The position numbers and the translations under genes were made by a program. Under the pieces are notes generated by a model. It made no database searches. It had not been told where the DNA came from and was given only the letters and a program-made list of their open reading frames with translations. From Octopus bimaculoides (Eukaryota), in assembly GCF_001194135.2 (NCBI RefSeq), contig NC_068984.1, positions 130,125,446 to 130,161,313 on the forward strand: DNA of 35,868 nucleotides, given 5' to 3'. Each line of letters starts with the position of its first letter. The first letter of the stretch is position 1. Positions 20,951 through 31,849 of this stretch are shown piece after piece.

Positions 20951-21659
20951 TCTTCTGTAGCAACACTCCCTGTTGTTTGAAGACGCCATATTTAATTTAA
21001 GCAAATATAAGGTTAGCACTTAAGTTAATCTCTTTATCCTTGATGAAAACGTTTTAATGGAAATACAAGAGAGATCCACTTCTGTCGAAAGTGATTGTAG
21101 TTTTTGTGGTTTAAGCATTGGTAAAAAAAAAAAAGTATAGCGGGCATCGCACAGGAATTTTTGCAGGGGCTCTTCGAAAGGAAGACAGAAATTAACTTCG
21201 ACTCGTGGATTATAACAGAACGGACCCCACTAATAGTACCCAAGGAATAATCGGAGTGTTAAACCGAATGAAGGATTAAAATCTAGTAGTTAAGACCAAC
21301 GCCAGTCCATACAACGGCCGACACTAGATTTTCTGTCTACTCATGCTTGCATCGATCCGAAACTATTTTAGAAAACACAAGCCAAGGGACAGTTAGACTT
21401 GGAATCATGTGCAAACGTCTTAACTAATCGGTGACGCATGTGCCGTGTGATCCATCGCGGTTAGGCATTCAATGCTGAATTCCAAGTAACTGTAATGGTA
21501 AAATGTACATAAGAACTAATAATCTATACTTGTGTGTTTATCCTAATTTTCCCCTATTCATACATACATACGTATGTACGTATGTCTGTCTGTCTGTATC
21601 TGTCTGTCTGTATCTGTCTGTCTGTATGTATGTATGTGTGTGTGTGTGTGTGCATGTTT

Positions 21660-21690
<31 letters not shown>

Positions 21691-22717
21691 ATACAAAATG
21701 GGACAAGAACGCAAAACATCCAGACAGTTAGGTGATACAAGAAAGGGACAACAAAACATCCAGATAGACGATGCAAAGAAAACAAGGACAAGTCATTCAG
21801 AGTTTTCTTTCCTCAGTCGAGATCCAGATCATCTTTGCAATTTTGGCTGGTTATTCTCGATATTGCTCCAATCTGGCCAGCCCCAAGGAAAAACTAAGCT
21901 AAGAGTATTAGATTCCTTGGAAGAAAGCAGCGAATGTATACAAAAAACAAGGACGGAAAAAAAAACGAGCAATGTTACACAAATACAATAAAAATACAAA
22001 TAAAAATAATAACAGGACATAACAACAGATGTCTTTCGACTAAGGACCAATTAAATTAAGCTGGCGTGTGTGGAAATAAAGCCTTATGGCAGAAATACAA
22101 GATTTCACAGGCACAGGGAGGAATATCGATGTTGCACGCACAACGGCCGACCAAGAAAGAAAGATCAGGCTTGGCCGAACGCCGGTAACGTGGGAAGAGA
22201 AGAGAAAGAGGTAGAGGCAGAGGGACAAAAGAATTAAGGAGGGGCGAGAAAAAATGACAGGGACACAGTGAAGTGAAAAGTGGAGGGAAAGTGAGCAAGA
22301 AGAGAAGGCTGCGTGTGTATGCGTATAACCACGATCAATATGTTGTTATTTATTTACCCTTCACCTAACTCGAAACCTGCAATTCATCTGGACCTAGTGT
22401 CTATAAAGTGCGGTGCAATGGGTACAGTGAGTGTACCCATGTGTGACCCTGACGACTCGTTATGTATTCAGTCAGCCATTTGTGATTGCACGCACAGCCG
22501 GAGTACAAATCCGTGTTTACTTTAGTAAGTACGTATTTGTCCTTCAATACTGTTTGTACACGATAGCGCTATCACCGACCTGACCTTGGTGCTTTACTAT
22601 TTAAGGACTTGATTCCTCTGACTCCCAGTAAACATACTAGTGTCTTTTGGAGCCCTGTGCTGCATGAAAATTTCTTAAGCTGTGACATTTTTCAGGGCCT
22701 AACCGTAAAACCGTCCT

Positions 22718-22730
22718 CTTGCTGCATCAT

Positions 22731-22762
<32 letters not shown>

Positions 22763-22793
22763 TCAGTAGCAGTAGTAGTAGTTGTTGTTGTCG
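22718..22793. repeat. Graded trinucleotide array CAT>CAG>TAG>TTG
   Basis: Directly visible. Confidence 0.93.
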
Positions 22794-23188
22794 TTTAGTA
22801 CCCTCTCGGACTCGATCCATCAGCTCTCTGATTAAAAGTGCTCCAGCCGAGGTCATACGGTCTTTTTTCGTACATCTAGACTGTATCTTTTTATCAAATC
22901 ATCGCCTTAAAACAAAAAAAAAAAAACCAAATGACCGGGAAAATTTGGCTTTTATTTCTAGCAGGTCAAATATGACTCCACGAAGGCTCCCTCGATTGGC
23001 TCATCCTAGCCATGCTGTTAGATCTAGATGTGTTTCCAAATTCAGATGTTTGTGTTAAAATTAATGTAGATAAGTCCTTACTCGGTGAAATTCAACTAGA
23101 CGTTCATTGTTGCACAGTTTCGCCATCGTAAAATCACCAATCGAATTATTCCTGGAATTTGGCTGGATTGGTTTGTGCAGATTTCACA

Positions 23189-23390
23189 ATCACATGGGAC
23201 GTATATACAAAAAGTCGTATGACGTACACATCTGATAGTCGCATGACCTACACATTTAACAATCGTATAGCATATATATCCGACAGATGCATGACATGCA
23301 TATCTAACGGTCACATGGTACACACGTGACATACATATACCACAGACACATAACATATACATCTAACAGTCATAACACATTACACATCGC
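23189..23390. repeat. Degenerate 24-bp minisatellite, consensus about GTCGCATGACATACACATCTAACA
   Basis: Units at 23214, 23238, 23262, 23286 (24 bp each), 23310 (35 bp), 23345 (24 bp) and 23369 (partial). Confidence 0.8.
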
Positions 23391-23687
23391 AATCGCAATA
23401 AACATGGCATACGTATGTTACATGACATACGCATTAATATATGAGACACGTTTGGCATGTAGACATGTTGTATTTGACTCCTGACACATGTATACGTACC
23501 ACGTATGTCACATGTAGATGAGTATGTAATACTCACGTGACATACACATGTAGAAGTGACTTATGGCCTATTCATCTGATAGTGACACCTGAAATGTGTT
23601 CTATAACGACAATCAAACACATGCGTGCGCACAGATATACGTATACATTTTCACACGTACAATCAGACAAACGTACACACACACACA

Positions 23688-23730
<43 letters not shown>

Positions 23731-24829
23731 CTACGCTTATATTCGAAATATGAGATCAAAGGAAGTAAAATCATTTATCTCTCACGAATCTTGCTTATAG
23801 TTTTTTTTTACTATAACGGCATGCACGTATACAAGAACAAAGACACACGCGCACGCACGCACACACGCAAGCACACACACACAAACACATACATANNNNN
23901 NNNNNNNNNNNNNNNNNNNNNNNNNNNNNNNNNNNNNNNNNNNNNNNNNNNNNNNNNNNNNNNNNNNNNNNNNNNNNNNNNNNNNNNNNNNNNNNNNNNN
24001 NNNNNNNNNNNNNNNNNNNNNNNNNNNNNNNNNNNNNNNNNNNNNNNNNNNNNNNNNNNNNNNNNNNNNNNNNNNNNNNNNNNNNNNNNNNNNNNNNNNN
24101 NNNNNNNNNNNNNNNNNNNNNNNNNNNNNNNNNNNNNNNNNNNNNNNNNNNNNNNNNNNNNNNNNNNNNNNNNNNNNNNNNNNNNNNNNNNNNNNNNNNN
24201 NNNNNNNNNNNNNNNNNNNNNNNNNNNNNNNNNNNNNNNNNNNNNNNNNNNNNNNNNNNNNNNNNNNNNNNNNNNNNNNNNNNNNNNNNNNNNNNNNNNN
24301 NNNNNNNNNNNNNNNNNNNNNNNNNNNNNNNNNNNNNNNNNNNNNNNNNNNNNNNNNNNNNNNNNNNNNNNNNNNNNNNNNNNNNNNNNNNNNNNNNNNN
24401 NNNNNNNNNNNNNNNNNNNNNNNNNNNNNNNNNNNNNNNNNNNNNNNNNNNNNNNNNNNNNNNNNNNNNNNNNNNNNNNNNNNNNNNNNNNNNNNNNNNN
24501 NNNNNNNNNNNNNNNNNNNNNNNNNNNNNNNNNNNNNNNNNNNNNNNNNNNNNNNNNNNNNNNNNNNNNNNNNNNNNNNNNNNNNNNNNNNNNNNNNNNN
24601 NNNNNNNNNNNNNNNNNNNNNNNNNNNNNNNNNNNNNNNNNNNNNNNNNNNNNNNNNNNNNNNNNNNNNNNNNNNNNNNNNNNNNNNNNNNNNNNNNNNN
24701 NNNNNNNNNNNNNNNNNNNNNNNNNNNNNNNNNNNNNNNNNNNNNNNNNNNNNNNNNNNNNNNNNNNNNNNNNNNNNNNNNNNNNNNNNNNNNTATATAT
24801 ATATATATATATATATGTGCACAGGCATG

Positions 24830-24974
24830 TAGAAAGAAGCTTGCTTACCAACCGCATGGTTCCGGGTTCAGTCCCACTGTGTGGAACCTTGGACAAGTGT
24901 CTTCTACTATAGCCTCGGGCCCACCAAAGCCTTGTGGGTGGATTTGGTAGACGGAAACTGAAAGAAGCCTGTCG

Positions 24975-25008
<34 letters not shown>

Positions 25009-25230
25009 AATCTTTGTGTGTGAATCTTTGTGTGTGTGTTTGTCTACCACCATCGCTTGATAGCCGGTGTTAGTGTGTTTACGTCCTCCGTAACTTAGGG
25101 GTTCGGCAAAGAGACCGATAGAATAAGTATTATGATTAAAAAGAATAATTCCTGGGGTCCGAAACCCTTTAAGGCCGTGCTCCAGCATGGCCGCAGTCAA
25201 ATAACTAAAACAAGTCGAAGAATAAGAGAA
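24830..25230 (+). mobile_element. SINE family B, near full length
   Basis: agcttgcttaccaaccgcatggttccgggttcagtccc...ccttggacaagtgtcttctactatagcctcggg...gtgctccagcatggccgcagtcaaataactaaaacaagt. Confidence 0.88.
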
Positions 25231-25385
25231 TTTACACACACACGCATACACACACACACGCACACACACACACACGCATGCACACACACACACACACATA
25301 CACACACACGCATACACACACACGCTTGTATACATACATATATATGTATGTTTGTATTTATATATATATGTGCCTTTGTATATAT

Positions 25386-25588
25386 ATGTTTGTCACATCC
25401 CCCTTCACCCATCGCTTGACACTCAATGTAGGTTTGCTTAGTCCTGGTAACCTAGCGGTTCAGCAAGGAACCGATAAAATAAGTACCAGACTTTAAGAAA
25501 CAAGTTCTGAGGTAAATTTATTCGACTAAAACTCTTCTAAAGGGTACCCCAGCATGGCCGCAGTCCAATAACTGAAAAAAGCAAAAGG
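25386..25588 (+). mobile_element. SINE family B, 3' half, older subtype
   Basis: catcgcttgacac...gtaacctagcggttcagc..accgataaaataagtaccag...cagcatggccgcagtccaataactgaaaa. Confidence 0.75.
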
Positions 25589-26096
25589 TGAAATATAACA
25601 TGTCTGAGCCGTTGAACCACATAGACACCTCACTAAACGGGCTTCCATACAGTCTCCGTTTATCTATTGACATTTACAAGTCTTGGGTTGACCCAAGGCT
25701 AGCATAGAATAAACTGTCTGGACGTAAGAGCCACGTGCCATGCTCCACTGGATTTCATCAAAAATAGCGACTTCCTGAGTGTTGTTTCGTTTTTCGGCAA
25801 TTTTCTTTAAATCGGAAATTCTGACAATAGAACGAACTGGAAATGTCTTTAATGTCCTTGGTAATAAATATTGAAAATTGAGTCAATGCCATGTTGGAAT
25901 CTAACACTGAAATATGGATCTATTGTGAGGATATTGTAAGCAGACACCGAATGCTTTGGCGTTGTAAAGAACAATAAAATTACATACTGATCGATAATTT
26001 CAGACATTCATTCGCAACGTTCATGTTTCTGCCGGCCTTGGTTCCTGGAATATTTCTTGAAGAGGACACTTTAACTTAGTGGTTAAAGTGTTGACT

Positions 26097-26487
26097 AGTG
26101 GAGGCGCAATGGCCCAGTGGTTAGGGCAGCGGACTCGCGGTCATAGGATCGCGGTTTCGATTCCCAGACCGGGCGTTGTGAGTGTTTATTGAGCGAAAAC
26201 ACCTAAAGCTCCACGAGGCTCCGGCAAGGAATGGTGGTGAGCCCTGCTGTACTCTTTCCCCACAACTTTCTCTCACTCTTTCTTCCTGTTTCTGTTGTAC
26301 CTGTATTTTCAAAGGGGCCAGCCTTGTCACACTGTGTCACGCTGAATATCCCCGAGAACTACGTTAAGGGTACACGTGTCTGTGGAGTGCTCAGCACCTT
26401 GCACGTTAATTTCACGAGTAGGCTGTTCCTTTGATTAGATCAACTGGAACCCTCGACGTCATAAGCGACGGAGTGCCAACACACACA
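26097..26487 (+). mobile_element. tRNA-derived SINE family C, copy 1, 13-bp TSD
   Basis: A-box TGGCCCAGTGG, B-box-like GTTTCGATTCC, tail gacggagtgccaacaca. TSD taaagtgttgact at 26084-26096 and 26488-26500. Confidence 0.93.
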
Positions 26488-26769
26488 TAAAGTGTTGACT
26501 TCTGACTCCGAGAAGGCGGGTTCAGTCCTACGTGGTGGATATTTTATTATATTGCCAACGGTTTCTTGGAACTTGTACTTCACACTGTTTTTAGTGATAC
26601 GAATCCAAGAAATATAGCGATTTCTGTGGAATTCTACTTTAAGCACACCATATAATCCACCATAACATTTTACCACCCCATTACTCTCAGCCCGCGTCAC
26701 GCTACTGCTGGTTCGCAAAGGTTGGATTATAAAGTCTGAATCATAATTATTGGACTCTATACTTTAGAC

Positions 26770-27445
26770 CAGTGATTCTCAGCCATTTTTTTTTTTTACC
26801 TATTGTCCCTTTTGATACGTATTTTACTCAGATAGGCCCTAATGGCCACTCAATGCTTAAAACAATCCCATGATATTTATATAATTGAATATTATTTGAA
26901 ATTGTATACTCTTTTGCTCTTTTGCTTGTTTCAGTCATTTGACTGCGGCCATGCTGTAGCACCACCTTTAGTCGAGCAAATCGACCCCAGGACTTATTCT
27001 TTGTAAGCCTAGTACTTATTCTATCGGCCTCTTTTGCCGAACCGCTAGGTCACGTGGACGTAAACACACAAGCATCGGTTGTCAAACGATGTTGGGGGGA
27101 CAAACACAAACACACAAACATACACACACACACACATATATATACATATATAAGACGGGCTTCTTTCAGTTTCCGTCTACCAAATCCACTCACAAGGCTT
27201 TGGTCGGCCCGAGGCTATAGAAGAAGACACTTGGCCAAGGTGCCACGCAGTGGGACTGAACCCAGAACCATGTGGTTAGTAAGCAAGCTACTTATCAGAC
27301 AGCCACTCCTGCGCCTATAAGGAAATTGTTAAAATATTTTGTGTACTGTGGAAGTATAACCAATTTATTGTACATAATTTTTGACAACTAAATCTTATAT
27401 AGACCCCACCCCAAGGGCCATATGGATGCCGGTTGAGAACCACTG
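26770..27445. mobile_element. hAT (Charlie-type) MITE interrupted by a SINE
   Basis: 15-bp TIRs cagtgattctcagcc (26770-26784) and ggttgagaaccactg (27431-27445), 13/15 complementary. CAGTGGTTCTCAA is the known hAT-Charlie terminus. The 8-bp TSD is not preserved. Confidence 0.7.
26906..27321 (-). mobile_element. SINE family B, full length, probable 8-bp TSD
   Basis: Complete copy from aggcgcaggagtggct to the aaaagag tail, with gaaattgt at 26898-26905 and 27322-27329. Confidence 0.92.
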
Positions 27446-27681
27446 ATTCAAGTAATAAGGTCCTGTCTTTCTCATCATACCTTGTCCATACACACTTCTT
27501 TTCATTGAGCTGGCACATAGCAAGGGACTCCTTAGAAATCAAAAACGATTACAAAAGATAACTAGATGTTGGTGCTCTCATTAATGTTAATGTTTCGGAT
27601 GTTCCACAGGTAGCCTTCAATTTTTTCCATCGAAAAGGATTTTGTTTTTTTAACCAATACTTACATGCTACTATTTATAGT

Positions 27682-28075
27682 CGTGGAGGCGAAATGGCCC
27701 AGTGGTTAGACAGCGGACTCGCGGTCATAGGATCGCGGTTTCGATTCCCCGACCGGACGTTGTGAGTGTTTATTGAGCGAAAACACCTAAAGCTCCACGA
27801 GGCTCCGGCAGGGGATGGTGGCGAACCCTGCTGTACTCTTCCACCACAACTTTCTCTCACTCTTACTTCCTGTTTCTGTTGTGCCTGTAATTCAAAGGGT
27901 CAGCCTTGTCACACTGTGTCACGCTGAATATCCCCGAGAACTACGTTAAGGGTATACGTATCTGTGGAGTGCTCAGCCACTTGCATGTTAATTTCACGAG
28001 CAGGCTGTTCCGTTCATCGGATCAACTGGAACCCTCGACGTCGTAAGCGACGGAGTGCCAACAACAACCAACAAT
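27682..28075 (+). mobile_element. SINE family C, copy 2, 10-bp TSD
   Basis: Collinear with copy 1, (CAA) tail, TSD tatttatagt at 27672-27681 and 28076-28085. Confidence 0.93.
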
Positions 28076-28191
28076 TATTTATAGTTTTAACTACTTCGAG
28101 CTCCACATTTAAATGCAATTTAGCCTATGTTTATGCTTTTAGTGTTTCTTATTTGGTTAAGTTAGCGTTTTCAACACCATTCTCTCTTGTA

Positions 28192-28450
28192 GCCGCTAAG
28201 TTATAAAGACGTAAGTAAACCAACACCGGTTGTCAAGCGGTGGGGGTACAAACACAAAGACACAAACACACACACACATGTATATGAATGTGATGGGGCG
28301 CTTCCACACGTTTTCCGCCCACACAATCCACTCACTAGGTAGGTATTGGCTGGCTTGGAGCTTATAGTAGACGCCCAAGGTGCTGTGCAGTGGGACTGAA
28401 CCCGAAACTACATGGTTGCAAAGTGAGTTTCTTACCCACACAGCCATATC
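28192..28450 (-). mobile_element. SINE family B, 5' two-thirds, diverged
   Basis: ccggttgtcaagcggtggggg..caaacacaaagacac..atccactcac..cccaaggtgctgtgcagtgggactgaacccg..cacacagccat. Confidence 0.75.
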
Positions 28451-29200
28451 TCACAGCCATGTCTAAGCCTAATGGTAAACAACTGAAACGCCCACCAATA
28501 CTTTTTCAAAAATATACTAAAAACATAGGCAGTATGACTATTGAATAAAGACAAAAAATCGAGCACAAACATTTATTCATAGAAAAAAACGAAAGAAAAA
28601 TGGAAAAAGAAAAGAAAAAATGGGTGGAAAACATTCATTTAAGAGGAAAAAACGGTATAATCACGAACGAAAGCATTACCATCACAACCAACAGAAACAA
28701 CAGCAACGACTTATATTTTGGTAACATTTCGAGTGATAGGAAGGTGATAGACATGAACGAATTCCAGGAAAAGGGGAAAAAACGAACAAGGTATGTTGCA
28801 AGAGAGAGTACTTTCTTACCTGAGGATTTTATACAAGAAAGAGCAAAGAGGAAAGTGACTTACATTTGTTTTGTATTTCACCGAGAGGGTTTCCGTATAC
28901 ACTCGAAAGAGGTGTTAGGTATAGCCTTTGCTGGTGTGTGGCATTATGTATGCTTCTTCGATCGAGGCGGGGTATGTCGAAGTTTGAGCTCGGATTTTAA
29001 AGACGGGGATCAAGATTGCGACTAGAAATACTGATGTTAATGTGAACCCTTTTCTGCTGGTCAGCTTTGTGTGAACTTAAAAATGACCCGAAACAACGAG
29101 GCTGTGAGTTCTTGTTATTAAGAATGCCCAACGAAGCAGAGTTTTACACCAAGCATTTTACCAGCAGCTACTTGTACAATATTCGTCTGCCATCTATATA

Positions 29201-29419
29201 AATTGGTCTCAAAGTTTAGCACAAGGCCAGCAGTTTCGGGAGCGGGTTAAGTCGATTATATCAACCTCAATGCTCAACTGGTACTTACTTTATCGACCTT
29301 CGAAGGATGAAAGGCAAAGTCGACTTCGGTGGAATTTGATCTCGGGATGTAATGGTGGATGAAATGCCGCTAAGCATTTTGCTCTGCGTGCTAACAATTC
29401 TGCCAGCTCGCCGCCTTCA
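29201..29419 (-). mobile_element. SINE family A, tail type 1
   Basis: Full-length reverse copy from ggcggcgagctggcagaattg to gctggccttgtgctaaactttgagacca. Confidence 0.87.
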
Positions 29420-29586
29420 GCCTCCGATATATGATACATTTTTAAACACAGCACATCCACATGACATCTCCGGAAGAATACCACAGTGAATATTTATTTT
29501 CGAGACGTATTTACATTAAGTATAATACGTAGATGACTATAATNNNNNNNNNNNNNNNNNNNNNNNNATACATACGCGCGCGCGCG

Positions 29587-30785
29587 CACTGACATGACAG
29601 AAATAAATAGACACCCCATTAAACATTGTTTTATGTTTATTTTAACTTGAAAAGGTTTATATTTTTTTAATGGACATTTTTACGTTTCAGGTTCTATATG
29701 TGACTGTTTAATCATGCCACGTGCAAAAGAAGCCCTGGAACTGTCCATATTTCAAAGAGGTCGTATTGTGAGTCAATCTGAAGGTGGACTTAATGTAAAA
29801 TCGAAGAAAACCTTGGGATCCCGCTTTCTACAGTTAATAGGGTGATTGTGCAATTCACCGGTGAGGGGAAGGAGTCTACATCTTACCCACATCGACCAGG
29901 GCCCTCTGGCAGGGACCTTTGCTTTGTTGAGAGAAGTGTGGAGGATAATCCTCATTGCAAGGCCTCTGACATGGCAGAACAGGTTGATGTCAGTTCCAGA
30001 ACAGCTGTCAGGTATCTCCACAAACTTGGTTATTTTAGCAGAACAACAGAAGGAAGCCACTTCAACCAGCCAATATGAAGGAGGGAAAAGATTGGGCCAG
30101 TGAGATGATGGAGTGGCCGCTAGCATTTTGGGACACTATCATATTCTCTGATGAATGCAGATTTGCTGTATTTTCTGACAGTGGTTGAGTGTGGGTTTGG
30201 AGATTCTGTAATCAAGAATTTGACGCGAAATGATTCTGCCAATGAAGCAAGGCAGCTATTCTATGATGGTCTGCGGAGCAATTTGGAGCAATGGTCAATC
30301 AGAGCTGGTGGAGTGTGATGGAAACATAAATTCAGATAAATATGTGTCCATATTGCAGAAAAGACTCCTTCCAATCTTCTCCAATGGTGAAATGATTTTA
30401 TGGAAGATGGGGCTCCTTGTCACACGGCTAAAAAGATCCAAGATTGGTTGGGAAAGAATAGCATTGAAAAACTTCCATGGCCAAGCCAGTCACCAGATAT
30501 GAACCTTATTGAACATCTTAGGGCATAATGGACAAGACACATCGTAAAAAGAACAAACACGCTTCCTCAAATCCAAATCTTTTGGGATTACTGCATGAAA
30601 CTTGGCAAGAAATTCCCCAAGAGAATATTCCTCATCTGATCAGCAGCATGACTTATAGGATCCTTGCATTGAAAAATGCAAAGAGCATGTCTACCAAATA
30701 TTAGATATTCACACTATAATAATAAGTAATTTGTATGTATAATTTCAGATTTAAATAAAATTTAATGATTATAAGGGTGTCTATT
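29587..30785 (+). mobile_element. Decayed Tc1-family DNA transposon (transposase pseudogene 29714-30704)
   Basis: MPRAKEALELSIFQRGRIV../[11 protein letters not shown]../WDTIIFSDECRF../MVCGAIWS..DGNINSDKYVSIL../EDGAPCHTAK..LPWPSQSPDMNLIE (34 residues between D and E, i.e. DD34E)..WQEIPQ..STKY*. Inverted repeat aatagacaccc (29606-29616)/gggtgtctatt (30775-30785). Several frameshifts and stops. Confidence 0.93.
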
Positions 30786-31244
30786 GTGGTTACTTAATAT
30801 CCTGTTAACAATTGTATTTATTCTGTTGTGTCTGGGGAGAGTCAGTTTCTTATTGTGCCTTAAAATTTAACACACTCACCGGTAAAATTTCCACTTATTT
30901 TTCTTTTTATTTTCTTAAAATTTTCGTTGCGTCTTGCAACCTTATCAATAGTCTTGTACTTAGTTACTCTAATATATAACGGTTTTCTTAACCGATATTG
31001 TAAGCAGTTTCAATATGTTCATGTCGATACAACCCGATTAGAACTTCTCTATATACATGTAATTTATGTACAAATAATAATGTTGTCTGTTGTGAATTAA
31101 TGTAACTTGGCCCTGAAGAGATGGAAGGCCCTAATTTCTTATCTCAGACAAGAGTGAATCGGGATCTTGCGTCGAAATGCGCATAGGTTATTAAACAAAT
31201 TTTATTAATATATAGGATTGCGTCATGGCTCTTATTTCAATTGA

Positions 31245-31374
31245 TATATATACATATATATATGTGTGTGTGTATACATACATGCATACATACATGCATA
31301 CATACATACATACATACATATATGTATACACATCCGTCCGTCCATACATACATACACGCATTCATACGCACGCA

Positions 31375-31431
<57 letters not shown>
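31245..31431. repeat. TA/TG/CATA/CA compound microsatellite
   Basis: Directly visible. Confidence 0.93.
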
Positions 31432-31434
<3 letters not shown>

Positions 31435-31849
31435 TTAACTGTCATTCGTTAACAAACAGTAACATATTTTCACTTTCAGATTTATAACACTAATGATAGC
31501 TTAAAGTGTAGCGGGAATCGCATTAACCTTTCCTCTTTTACCCATGAAAAACTTCGAAAATATAAATATATTCCTTTGCCACGCCATCTTAAATATGAGA
31601 AACGCCATTGCGTAATAAGACTGTATTACAAGACGATCATTTTCTGAACCATTAACCACATTCATCCTTATATATGTAAATACACTTCGAGGAATGATAG
31701 TACTGACACAGCTTCCCTATCTAAAAGGTTTCTCGTGCGGCATAGGTTTCAAATAGACGCTAAACTATCATGTGTAACCTTTCGTGTGGTTTTTACTGAC
31801 GAGAGGAGAGAAGACGAAGTATAGTGGCGTTAAAACTAGAGCTTTAAGG

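Noticed and set aside
21278-21332. 10-bp inverted repeat aaaatctagt/actagatttt as a pre-miRNA candidate
   Set aside because: The inner region pairs poorly, and several such repeats are expected by chance in 30 kb of AT-rich DNA.
22402-22530. TATAAAG, a 9-bp hairpin (22418-22440), TCAGTC and GTAAGT as a promoter or first exon
   Set aside because: Short motifs, each expected by chance, with no independent support.
22609-23058. 149-aa ORF with poly-I/poly-S/poly-C
   Set aside because: Built around the graded triplet repeat; the remainder is unrecognisable.
23596-24912. 438-, 361- and 348-aa ORFs and other X-filled ORFs
   Set aside because: They span N-gaps, so their length is an artefact.
26097-26175. 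tRNA-like sequences at the heads of SINE families A, B, C and E
   Set aside because: They have A/B boxes but no complete cloverleaf or terminator and continue into SINE bodies, so they are not called tRNA genes.
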